64,000 nucleotides of DNA, from the NCBI RefSeq assembly GCF_009914755.1, contig NC_060943.1. One strand, given 5' to 3'. Position numbers and translations under genes: made by a program. This DNA comes from the human T2T-CHM13v2.0 reference genome, Homo sapiens. The notes beneath the pieces are model-generated. The model made no database searches. It had not been told where the DNA came from and saw nothing but the letters and a program-made list of their open reading frames with translations. Positions 43,535 to 61,326 of this stretch are shown here, piece by piece; positions within the stretch are counted from its first letter, which is position 1, and the number at the start of each line of letters is the position of its first letter.

Positions 43535-45013
43535 ATGGATGGGATGGAATGGGATGTGGATGGGATGGAATGGGATGTGGATGGGATGGAATGGGATGTG
43601 GATGGGATAGAATCGGATGTGAATGGGGTGGAATGGGATATGATGGGGTGGGATGGGATGTGGATGGGATGGGATGGGATGTGGATGGGATGGAATGGGA
43701 TGTGGATGGGATGGAATGGGATGTGGATGGGATAGAATCGGATGTGAATGGGGTGGAATGGGATGTGAATGGGGTGGGATGGGATGTGGATGGGGTGGGA
43801 TGGGATGGGATGTGGATGGGATGGAATGGGATGTGGATGGGATGTGATGGGATGTGGATGGGGTGGAACGGGATGTGGATGGGGTGGGATGAGATGTGGA
43901 TGGGATGGAAAGGGATGTGGATGGGGTAGGATGGGATGTGGATGGGGTGGGATGAGATGTGGATGGGATGGAAAGGGATGTGGATAGAGTGGGATGGGAT
44001 GGGATGGGATGGGATGGGATGGGATGGGATGGGATGTGGATGGGATGGGATGGGATGTGGATAGGATGGGATGGGATGGGATGGGATGGGATGGGATGGG
44101 ATGGGATGTGGATGGGATGGGATGGGATGTGGATGGGATGGGATGGGATGGGATGGGATGGGATGTGGATGGGATGGGATGGGATGTGGATGGGATGGGA
44201 TGTGAATGGGATGGGATGGGATGGGATGGGATGTGGATGGGATGGGATGGGATGGGATGGGATGGGATGGGATGGGATGGGATGGGATGTAGATGGGATG
44301 GGATGGAATGGGATGTGGATGGGATGTGATGGGATGTGGATGGGGTGGAATGAGATGTGGATGGGGTGGGATGAGATGTGGATGGGATGGAAAGGGATGT
44401 GGATGGGGTAGGATGGGATGTGGATGGGGTGGGATGAGATGTGGATGGGATGGAAAGGGATGTGGATAGAGTGGGATGGGATGGGATGGGATGTGGATGG
44501 GATGGGATGGGATGTGGATAGGATGGGATGGGATGGGATGGGATGGGATGGGATGGGATGGGATGTGGATGGGATGGGATGGGATGGGATGTGGATGGGA
44601 TGGGATGGGATGGGATGGGATGGGATGTGGATGGGATGGGATGGGATGTGGATGGGATGGGATGTGGATGGGATGGGATGGGATGGGATGGGATGGGATG
44701 GGATGTGGATGGGATGGGATGTGGATAGGGTGGGATGAAATGTGGATGGGATGGAAAGGGATGTGGATGGAGTGGGATGGGATGGGATGTGGATGGGATG
44801 GGATGGGATGGGATGGGATGGGATGGGATGGGATGGGATGTGGATGGGATGGGATGGGATGTGAATAGGATGGGATGTGGATGGGGTGGGATGAAATGTG
44901 GATGGGATGGAAAGGGATGTGGATGGAGTGGGATGGGATGGGATGTGGATGGGATGGGATGGGATGTGGATGGGATGGAATGGGATGGGATGTGGATGGG
45001 ATGGAATGGGATG
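43535..45013 (+). repeat. (GGGAT)n / 22-bp variant tandem array, ~1.48 kb
   Basis: GGGAT pentamers interspersed with GGATGTG, GGAAT and GGGGT variants; internal block duplications. Confidence 0.97.
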
Positions 45014-45451
45014 TCCTGCAGAACACAGGTGGGCTTGGCCAGGGCTAGGTGCATGGATATGCATCCACCAGTACAGGAGAGAAGACAGAGTGTCCACCCT
45101 GGAAGGTGACACCAAGTCATAGTCCTTCTGGAGGGGGGTCCTGGTCCCCAGTCCCATTCTTCATCCATGGAATCCCTGTGTTTACTCCTCGCCAGCCTCA
45201 ATAGCTGGCTGCTGGGGGCCTCCACTCTCAGCAGGGTGGACGGGCTTGAAGCCACACGATAGGGCCTGGGTATAAAGTATGATGACCTAGGTCCACAGAC
45301 CTCACATCAGAGCCTCCAGCAGACCCTGGGTTCATAGTCACATATGGGCTCCATGTGACCAATACTTGCCCCCACCCCATGGTCCCACCTCAATGCCTGA
45401 CAGAAGCCCCACTCCTCAGGTTTATGCACATGATTTGCCTTTTTCACTGCT

Positions 45452-45764
45452 TTCTTTTTCTTTTCTAGACACAGGGTCTTGCTCTGTCACCCAGGCTGGA
45501 GTACAGTGGTTGGATCATAGCTCACTGCAGCCTCAAACTCCTGGGCCCTCAGCCCAGTGATTGTCCTGCCTTAGCCTCCCATGTAGCTAGGACTACAGGT
45601 GCACACCACCACGCCTGGCTACTTAAAACAAACAAACAAACAAATTGTAGTAGCAAGGTCCTACTATGTTGTCCAGGCTGGTCCTGAACTCTTGGCCTCA
45701 AGCAGTCTTCCCACCTCAGCCTCCCAAAGTGTGGGACTGCAGGCGTGAGCCCCCGTGCCTGGCC
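45452..45764 (-). mobile_element. Alu (J-type)
   Basis: Target-site duplication tcactgctttc. Confidence 0.92.
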
Positions 45765-46984
45765 CTCACTGCTTTCCTTATGGTTACTCCATACCTCTTT
45801 TCAAATTTGCCAAATGGCTAATCTTTCCACACTCGAGTATTATTAGAAATGAGTTTTAATATACCTATTTTTCTTGCTATGTCAACGTACAAACATGCAT
45901 CCTTAAATAAGAAAGTGTTAGAGTCACATATTAAAAATGCATTTCTTGCTAAGTCATGCTCGAATTATGCAAGATTGCAAGGAAATTTAATGCAAGACAA
46001 ATGAGTGAGGCCAGGAATCTTGCTGTGAGAGTTTGGGAAGCAGAGCTCCCTGGCTCCAGACAAGGAATGGACTCAGCCTGACGGGAGGAGGTCTCGCCTG
46101 TCTTTGGGAGGGAAAGATCCTGTCGGTACTTTTAAGTGATCGTCTATCTTTGAGGCACAGACATATCTCAATTGGCCCGGGACAGAAAATCAAGCCAAGT
46201 CAGAGATCCCCTCAGCAAGACCCAGGGATCTCTGAAGAAATGAAAATGAAGCGAAGAAAGACAAAATTAGAAATATTTATTCCATCCGTCATCTCTTTGC
46301 TTGTCTCAAATGCCACCATCCAACCCAATGAGAACGACAAAAGGACATTCTATTTCTGTCCCCATGAAAGTTTCAACCCCAAAGCAAAACCTCAGTGTGC
46401 GCTGAGAAGATGCAGCAAAAGGGTCTTTTTGTTAAACTCATTATTAGAATTAAACCCAAAGAGGGAAATGTTGGAGGTATTTTAGGTTTTTAAACTAAAT
46501 TAGTCCCAATTAATTCTAAGAAGATACACTAAAATCAATTCTGTTTTAGAAAGGCAATTTAATACAAAAGCTTGAGGGGAAATGTTATTTTTAAAATGTA
46601 AAAAGGCACCTTAAAACCTGTAAAATATTTTAAATGGCTTTCCTATTCCATCAAGTTTTGAGAGGGGTTTTCATTTTTCTCAGGAAACATTTTCTCCCGG
46701 TGTGGGGTTGGGGATGACTTCAGACAGGGCCTGAAAGCAGCGAGCAACTCACGCTGTCCAGGAGGGGCGAGAACAAACCCTCAGCTTTGTCTGGTTCTGT
46801 TTTTGGTGTCTCCATTCCCAGCTCCGTATTAAGTCAGTTCCCAAATCCGAGCAAAAGATAATTTTGGATAAAAAAATGGAATGTTCTAACTCCGCCTGAG
46901 AGATGGAAAGAGAAACAGAGATGAGTCTGATGAAACAGAACTCAAATCACCCTCTTCCTGACCCACCGCTTCTCTTCTGATTCA

Positions 46985-47460
<476 letters not shown>

Positions 47461-47518
47461 GAAACATGAAGTCTTCCTTCCAAGGACATAACAAAGAAAA
47501 AAGAGAAAAAAAAGGCCC

Positions 47519-48345
<827 letters not shown>

Positions 48346-49602
48346 AAAAATAAATATTTGAAATATTTCCATCCAAATGGAATTTCAAAACAATTAAAGA
48401 TGGAAAGAAGGAAGGCTGAATGGATGAAAGCCCTCTGAAGCTTACTGTAGAGTGGAACGATGAAGACACAGTTGCATTTCTGTGTAAGTCAAATTCTCTT
48501 TTTTACCGTGCAAATTTCATGGTTAAGATGAGGTTGAATGCGGACGGCTAATACCAGTAATTTGGGCTAAGCGCTCCTCTTCCGGGAGTCTGAGCCATCT
48601 GAATTGGCTGTTTACCCAGCTCATACTGATCAGGAAGTATCTGAGAGGGTGAATGCACCAATAAAAAGCCACCCAGACCCTCCTCTCCAGCAAGTGGAAA
48701 GTGTGTGTCTCGTCCTCACACAGGAATGACTGTAGAGGACCACAGGGCGACTTCTAGGCAGCCCCCAGACAGGCCGGCCCTGGGTAGCAGGAACTCGTTC
48801 TGCCCCAGCTGAGGTTCTGGGCCTCATCACTAATGACCCACAGCAGCCAAGGTCAGCCCTCGGGAAGATGGAAAATGAATGAAGGGCAGCTCTGCCCAAA
48901 GCGGCGGACCAGGTGGGCAAACAGAGAGCCGGGGTTTTGTAGCAGGGGTGGGGGTGCGGTACAGGAACAGATCTGGAGCTTGTGGCAGGAGTTCAGGTGG
49001 AACATCAGGCGGGGTACAGATGCCACAGTGTGGAGGAAGCTCCTCCTCTCATCCCAAGCTAGCCCCTTCCTAACCTCAAGTCAACGAGAAGAGAAGGTGG
49101 GCTAGAACCTTTCCACCTTCCTCTTAGCACCCGGCCTGTGCCGGTGCATCTCCTCACCCCACACAGTGCCCTGGGTACAGGGGCTGGGGCTTGAAGGGTG
49201 CCCATAACACACTCCCTCAGAGCCTGGACACTCAGCCATCGTTCATTCATTCAACAAACACAGTCTGAGCATCTGCCATGTGCCGGCTTCAAGTGCTGAG
49301 GACACAGCAGGGAATGAAACAGATTGAGTCCCTGACCATGTGGGGCTGACCCCTCAGGGAGAGACAGACGACACCATGGACACAGAACAGCAGGAGGTGA
49401 CAAATGCTCTGAAGAAAAATACACTCAAATGCACAAGTGGAGTGCGGCATGGGCCAGGGGCAACAAGGTGACCTGGGGCAGTGACAGGACAGAGGCAGAG
49501 TGAGGTGAGGAAAGTGTCGCCGCTGAGAAGGCTCTGCCAGGGATGGTGCTCGGCAAGGCTGAGGCACACGGGACATGTGGGGTCACACGGGTCACGTGAG
49601 GA

Positions 49603-49620
49603 GGCCACCAGAGGGAGCTG
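49603..49620 (+). promoter_or_regulatory. CTCF-like motif next to a GTCACGTGA E-box
   Basis: GGCCACCAGAGGGAGCTG; E-box at 49591-49599. Confidence 0.5.
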
Positions 49621-49626
49621 GGGGAA

Positions 49627-49978
49627 TGCTGGGGGTTGAATGTTGTGTCCCCTTAAATTCCTATGCTGAACTCCTCACCCCAAGGCAGTAGCTTTAGGAG
49701 GTGGGGCCTTTGGGAGGTGATTAGGTCATGAGGGTGGGATCATGCCCTCCCTTATGGAAGGGACCCCAGAGAGCTCTCTCTGGCTTCCCACCATGTGATG
49801 TGAGGACACAGCAAGAAGACAGCCATCTGCATCCCAGAGGGAAGCCCTCACCAGAACCTGACCCTGCTGGCACCCTCTTCTCAGACTTCCCACCTCCAGG
49901 GCTGAGAGATGTGTGTCTGTTGTTTACAGCCACCCAGTCTATGGCCTTTTGCTGAAACAGCCCAAACAGATTAAGACA
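49627..49978 (+). mobile_element. MLT1A-type MaLR solo LTR
   Basis: ttaggaggtggggcctttgggaggtgattaggtcatgagggtgg..gccacccagtctatgg..cagcccaaacagattaagaca. Confidence 0.85.
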
Positions 49979-50048
49979 GGAGGAGAAGGAGGAAGAGGAG
50001 AAAGAAGAGGAGGAGAAGGTGGAGGAGGAGGAGGAGGAGGAGGAGAAG
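49979..50048 (+). repeat. (GGA)n purine repeat
   Basis: gga/gaa triplets. Confidence 0.9.
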
Positions 50049-50802
50049 ATGGACTTAGAGACACAAGGAGGCCACAGTGGAGTGTTTGGCTTTCGCTCTG
50101 AGTGTGCTGGGAAGCTACTGGAAGGTTTAGGGCACAGGGACACAATCTGACAGATATTTTGGAAGTATCAACGGTCAATGGAAGCAAACGTCAGGGCTGG
50201 ACAACCAGGTCAGAGGTGACAAAGACTTACGTGATAGCAGTGCTCTCATTTGGGAGACACCTGAAGACAGAGCCAGCCAGGTTTGCTGACGGGTTTGACA
50301 TAAAGGGTGAAAGAAAGAGAGGAGTCGAGGCTGACTTAAGGCTTGGGGCTGGCCTGAGCACCTAGAGAATGGAGCTGCCCGGTGCTGAGCTGGGGAAGCC
50401 CGTGGTCTGGGGAGAGACAAGTGTGAGGTCGAATCAGGCACCCAGTTTTGGGTGACAGAAGCCTCAGATGCCCATCAGATGACACCCACATGCAGCTGCC
50501 ACCTAGGCAGCTAGGTACACAAGTCCAGGATTCGGGGAGTGAGCCAGGCTGCAGACACTAGGACACTGGAGGTTCTAAGATGCATTTCAACTCTTGTACC
50601 TCGGTGAGATCACCAGGAAAGCAGGTGTAGATAAAGCAGAAAAGAGGTCCCTTCTCAAGTTCAAAGGTCATGAACAGTTGGAGGATCTGGCATAGGGGAC
50701 AGAGGAGAGGAAGAAAGCAGAGGGAATATCGAGCTCTGAAATACACAGCGTCACCCCTTTACTTGGCTTTCGGAGCTTGGTGTTCACAAAAAATTAGAAA
50801 CG

Positions 50803-51420
<618 letters not shown>

Positions 51421-52339
51421 CATCGTTGTAATTCACACCATTATAACGTAACCCACATAATTTACTGATTTTTTGCAGATTTAAATATCTGAAACTAAAA
51501 GCAGTTATGCTGTTTGCTATTTGTGATTTCAAAAACTCTTCGCTATTTGTGATGTTGCTAAGCCCTTTAGGGAGTGCCTCCTGCTATGAGCTATATTCAT
51601 TCCAGGGCATATTTGTGGGGTTTGTCATTTTAACCAAGTACTTAATACTTGTTTCTCTCCCAGCATCTTGCCAAATGTGGCAGCTCTCCTTCTAGATGAA
51701 CACTACTGCATTACTGTTATAGAAATGATATTTTAACATCAACTCCCTTTTCCCTTTTCTTCCCTAGAAATCCAGTCCTTCCATGAGACCTCGGTACACA
51801 CAGAACTCCTCCTACCACGTGCAACCTTATTCTCGGCTGAGCAACTCATAAATCGCATAACAAAAACAGTGATTGATGCGGACTGTGTTTAGTGCCATCC
51901 TTGCCGGTGAGAGGGAGTGAGCCAGCAAGCTTCCTTAAATCTCTTTAGTTCTCCAAAAGGAGAGGCCATTTGCCTTCTCATCTATGCCGCAAGTTTCTGG
52001 GGCTTGCATCATTAACCTGGTGGCTTTGCCAATTCCTTCGCCAGTGCTGGGTCAAAGACAGGCAAGGGCACCAGGGTTAGCCATGAGTGTGTGCCAGGGG
52101 CTGAATGCAAAACCCGGGAGCACTGGTGGCTGGGGCAGGTGGGCTGGGCTCTGCCACTGCCTCCCCCAGCCCACCCAAGAGGGGCGTGTGCCTCTGCAGG
52201 AAATGGCCTCCAAGCATTTCTCAAGACTTACGAGATGTTCAAACCTACACAGTCAGAGACAAAGAGCTAGCTATAAGTGGGGTCTTTTTCCCCTCCTCAA
52301 AATTCATCCTGCAGAAGTAGACATGTGCTAAACAGTGCA

Positions 52340-53104
<765 letters not shown>

Positions 53105-53470
53105 GGTATATTGACGACCTGTCCCCAGTGGCATTAGTTTAAGTCATAAAAATTTAGAAACAAATGTTCATCAACAGGAAAATCATTAAGTACCTTATGG
53201 TGCATCCTAGCTCTAAAACTATGCTGCCATTAAAAAGAAGAGGTACCGTCTCCAAGAAAGAAAGCCAACATCTGCAGTGCCTGGCACACAGTAGGCTCTC
53301 AAATATTTGCAGAATAAATTTATGTTGAAAAAACCCCAGCTATACATACTATAAAATAGGTAAAGGGGCCTTAAAAAGATCTAGAAGGACACAAGTTATA
53401 TGACTAACAGTGCTTACCTCATATGAGGTGGGATAGACAGAAAGACGAAAAGAGAAATTTTCATTTCTGA

Positions 53471-54779
<1,309 letters not shown>

Positions 54780-54797
54780 CTAGGCTCTGAGGATTCT

Positions 54798-54949
54798 GTT
54801 TTTTTAGGGATGGGTCTTGCTCTGTTGCCTAGGCTGGAGAGTGCAGTGGCAAGATCACAACTCACTGTAGCCTCTAACTCCAGGGCTAAAGCATTCCTCC
54901 TGCCTCAGCCTCCTGTGAGTAGCTGGGACCACAGGCACATGCCTGGTTA

Positions 54950-54992
<43 letters not shown>

Positions 54993-55135
54993 AGAGAGAG
55001 ACAGAGAGAGAGAGAGAGAGAAGGTGAGGTCTTGCTTTGTTGCCCAGGCTGGTTTCGAACTTTCAGCTTCAAGCAATCCTCCCACTTTGGCCTCCCAAAA
55101 TGCTGGGATTAAAACGTGAGCCACGACACCCAGCC
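54798..55135 (-). mobile_element. AluJ with (TG)n(AG)n in its linker
   Basis: Target-site duplication tgaggattct; microsatellite 54951-55020. Confidence 0.9.
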
Positions 55136-55504
55136 TGAGGATTCTAAGGTGAGCAGGTCAGATGAAAGTGCTGCTCTCAGGGTGCCAGTATCCTTGTCAG
55201 GCAAGAATACACAAGGTTCCAGATACACAAGGTTGTTCAGTAGAGATCCGGGCTGTGGTGCAAGGTGATTGCAGAGGGATAGAGCCAGGGGTGGTGGTGG
55301 AGAGGGCTCCCCTCTTGATAGCCAGTTATGGGTGGCACTAAGGATGGCACTGAGCTGGGACCTGACAGCTGCAAAGAAGGGGCCAACCTTGGGAGGATGT
55401 GGGAGAGAGCAGCCTGGGCAAGAGGAATAGCTGTGCAAAGGTCTTGCAGCAGCAGAGGCCCTGGACAAGGTCAGATGTCTGGAGTTTTAAAATTCCAATT
55501 GCTG

Positions 55505-55860
<356 letters not shown>

Positions 55861-56418
55861 TTACATCTTTTAAAAGAGCACTCTTCTTAGATTATAGACA
55901 GAAAGAGTGAATGCAGGAAAACCAAGACAAAGACATTCACTACTTTAAAAAAGTTCATAATAAGTCTGCTTCCCGGCCGGGTATGGTGGCTCACCCCTGT
56001 AATCCTAGCACTTTGGGAGGCCAAGGTGAGAGGATTGATTGAGGCCAACCAGGCCGAAAAGGAAGACCCTGTCTCTATTTTAAACAAATAAAAAGAATAA
56101 TTAATTATGCTTCTAAGACCTGTCTGTGGAACCGGGGAAGGAATCATATCATTTTATAAACAAACCAAGTAACACTAAGCCCATTGCATGAAGGATTAAA
56201 TAATTAAGCATTTAGTTAACATGAAAGTAAATGATGGCTTCTATACATTTTTAATGCAGGTAATTATACTCTCAGTAAATCATCACAGCACACAAACATT
56301 AGCATGCTTATTAATTCAGTGTTAATTGCTATTGGCTTACATGTACCATTATCCAAAAATTAAATAATTTGAGTGTACACTCACTTTTTTAAACAGGTAC
56401 ATATAAAGGTAGATGGAG

Positions 56419-57121
<703 letters not shown>

Positions 57122-57155
57122 TTAATATAGTAAGAGGAGGGTCCTTCTCTCCTGA

Positions 57156-57470
<315 letters not shown>

Positions 57471-57593
57471 GAAAACTTTCTATAAGGGCCAGAAAATACA
57501 CATTTTTGGCTTTGCAGGTCTCTGTTGAGACTACTCAACTCTGCCTCTGGACAGTAGGAGGAGTGAGTGTGGCCGCTGCACTCAGCGCTTTTC

Positions 57594-58105
57594 AGAGCCA
57601 TGCTAGAGCCTGGGGCAAAGAGGAAAAAGAAGCAGCAGTGCTGATCCTGTCTTTATGTAAAATTTCAACATTTTGCTCATCATGGAATTTTTTTCCCATT
57701 ATTTTTTTGAGACAGGGTCTCATTCTGTTGCCCAGGCTGCAGTGGCACAAACACGGCTCGCTGCAGCCTCAACCTCCCTGGGCTCAGGGAGTACGGGCAC
57801 GTGCCACTACCCCCAGCTAATTTTTGTATTGTTTGTAGAGACGGGGTTTCACCCTGTTGTCCAGGCTGGTCTTGAACTCCTGGCCTCAAGTGATCCACCC
57901 GCCTTGGCTTCCTAGAGTGCTAGAATTACAGGCATGAGCCACTGTGCCCGGCCTTCATCATGAAATTTTTTGGCATTTATTTTGATTTTTTAAAATACTG
58001 CATTAAAACATTGTGTATCTTGATGACTGTGGATTTTTGTAGGCACTGCCTTAAATTTTGCATCCCAGGCGAGGGCCTCACTGCCTCATGCTAGTTCTGA
58101 CCCTG
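57594..58105 (-). mobile_element. MER96-like hAT element containing an Alu
   Basis: ctgatcctgtctttat..ccttaaattttgcatcccaggcgagggcctcactgcctcatgctagttctgaccctg. Confidence 0.5.
57703..57954 (-). mobile_element. Alu
   Basis: Antisense dimer; target-site duplication tcatcatg. Confidence 0.88.
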
Positions 58106-58295
58106 GTGCTGGTGCTGTTCCAATAAATCTTTATTTATGGACACTGAAATTTAATTTCATATCATTTTCATGTGTCACAAAATATTTTGTCTTGTTTCCA
58201 ATCATTTAAAAACGCAAAAAATATTCTCAACTCGTGGAAACTAAAAACAAAAATAAAAACCCACAGTAGTGTGCTAGATGTAGTCTGCTGACCCG

Positions 58296-58533
58296 TTTTT
58301 TTTTTTTTTAATTTTTATTCATTTATTTATTTATTCTGAGGCCGGGTCTTGCTCTGTCATCCAGGCTGGAGTGCAGTGGTGCAAACATGGCTCACTGCAG
58401 CCTCCACTTCCAGAGCTCAAGTGATCCTCCTGCTCAGCTTCCCCAGAAGCTGAGACCACAGGTATGTGCCACCATGCCCGGGTAATTTTTTAATTTTTTG
58501 TACAGATGGGGTCTCACCATCTTGCCCAGGCTG
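58296..58533 (-). mobile_element. Alu (5'-truncated)
   Basis: Antisense right arm plus partial left arm. Confidence 0.88.
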
Positions 58534-59369
58534 TGACCCCTATCTTGGATGGCCTTTGGGGGAACATGTCTTACTCATAATTATAGGCAGCGGAAAATGC
58601 CTGCTAGCGAGTAGGCACTCAAACGTGTCTGAATAATTTAGTCCCATTTTCTCCATTCTTAAATTACTGTTTAGGTTGCTTTACATTCTCTTCCCAGCCC
58701 CAGATCTCCAAATACAGGAGATGAGCACACGTGTCCAGGGCACCCCAGACCTCTTGGGCAGGGAGAATTCTCGGCAGAGAAGACCGGATATGGGAGTGTG
58801 GTGTGGGAATCGTCTGTGAGTGCTAAAGAACCGGTCCTCCACCTGCCCCAAGCTTTCCATTAGGCTCAAAAGCAGAGTTAGCCCAGTTAAGCGCATGGAA
58901 ACTAAATGAGTTCGCTGTGCATTGTTCAGCTATACATGACCACAGGCAAGATAAATATTTAGGGTCTTTATTAAAGCTGTGATCCTCTGCTTTAGCAGGA
59001 CAGCGTAGGGACTTACTAGAGGCAAACCATAAAAAGCATATGCCTCCTAGTAAAGTAATGCTGGGAAATATGACGAGTCAATTACTCTTTATCATTAATT
59101 GTGGTAAAATGTGCATAATGTACAATTTACCATTTTAACCATGTTTAATATACAGTTCAGTAGCATTAAGCACACTCACACTGTTGTGCAACCATCACCT
59201 CCATCCATCTCCAGAACATTCTCATCTTCCCAAATTGAAACTTTGTCCCCATGAAACACTCACTCCCTACCCCCTCCCCAGCCCCTGGCACCCACCATTC
59301 TACTTTCTGTCGCTATGGATCTGATGACTCTAGGGACCTCCTAGGGGTGGAATCACACTGGATTTGTCC

Positions 59370-59684
<315 letters not shown>

Positions 59685-60525
59685 GATTTGTCCTTTTGTG
59701 TCTGATTTCTTTCACTGAGCATGATGTCCTTAAGCATAATGCATAATGTCCATGTTGCAGCCTGTGTCAGAATTTCCTTCCTTTTTCAAGGCTGAATAGT
59801 ATTCCATTGTATAGATGGATCACATTTTATTTATCCATTCATTTGTTGGTGGACACTTGAGTTGCTGCCACATTTTAGCTATTGTAAATCATGCTGCTAT
59901 GAACATGAGTGTACAAATCCCTGTCTGAGTGTACAAATACTGTTTTCCAAAGCAGCTACACTATTTTGCACACCTACCAACAGTTCACATGGGTTCAGTT
60001 CCAATTTTTCCATATTCTTATCAACATTTTTCTGTCTTTCTTCTTTTGGGTAACAGTCATCGTAATGGGTGTGAAGTGGTATCTTATTAGGGTTTTGATT
60101 TGCATTTCTGCAATGATAACTGGTATGAAGCACCTTTCCAACTGCTTATTGGCCATCTGAATATCTTCTTTGAAGAAAGAGAAATATCTACTCAAGTCCT
60201 CTGCCCATTAAAAAATTTTTTTGCTGAGTTACAGAAATTCTTTATCTATTTTGAATATTAACCTCTTATTAGAAATGATTTGGAAACATTTTCTTCCATT
60301 CCTTGGGTTGTCTTTTTACTCTGTTGCTACTGTTCTTTGATGCACAAAAGTTTTGAACGCTGATGGCCTAATCCTTCTGTTTTTCCTTTTGTCGTGAGTG
60401 CTTTTGATGTCCTATCCAAGAAATCATTGCCAGATCCAGTGTCATAAAGATGTCTCCCTATGTTTTCTGCTAAGAATTTTACAGTTTTAGCTCTTATGTT
60501 TAGGTCTTTGATCCATTTTGAGTTA

Positions 60526-60919
<394 letters not shown>

Positions 60920-60980
60920 TTATTGGAAAGACTGTATTTACCCCATCGAATGATCTTGGCACCCTTGCAGGAGTAAAATA

Positions 60981-61326
60981 CGGCCATGAGTCGCTTCCTG
61001 ACAGGGATACGTTCTCAGCAATGCAACCTCAGGCAATTTCATCATTGTGCGAATATCACAGAGTGATACTTACAGAAACCTAGACGCTACAACCTACGTA
61101 GCACACCTGGGCTGTATGGTATAACCTATTGCTCCCAGGCTACAAACCTGTCTAGCATGTGACTGCAGTGAACAGTGCAGGCAATTGTAACACAGTGGTA
61201 AGTATTTGTATCTCCAAACATGGCTAAGCATAGAAAAGGTACAGGAAAAATACAGCATTATAATCTTATGGGATCACTTGTATATGTGGTCTGCTGTTGA
61301 CGGAAATGTTATGCATGGCATGACTG
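60981..61326 (+). mobile_element. Tigger3a/MER7A-type MITE (TcMar)
   Basis: Termini cggccatgagtcgc / gcatgactg with TA before the left end; internal ctcccaggctacaaacctgt matches the recalled consensus. Confidence 0.8.

Larger units (their letters stand above)
49240..50700. mobile_element. L2 remnant split by the MLT1 LTR
   Basis: ttcattcattcaacaaacac..tgagcatctgccatgtgcc..agagccagccaggtttgctgacggg. Confidence 0.7.

Noticed and set aside
43535-45013. HSATII/III satellite block
   Set aside because: The dominant unit is GGGAT rather than GGAAT/CATTC; it is a local simple-repeat expansion.
43120-45255. 711/590/497-aa minus-strand ORFs (HPIPS repeats) and WDGMG ORFs on the plus strand
   Set aside because: Artefacts of the stop-free (ATCCC)n repeat, which is open in all frames; no coding signature.
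58681-58896. 71-aa ORF with a signal-peptide-like start (MRLTGLTLLLSL)
   Set aside because: Short and single-exon, with no recognisable homology or supporting signals; this length is expected by chance.
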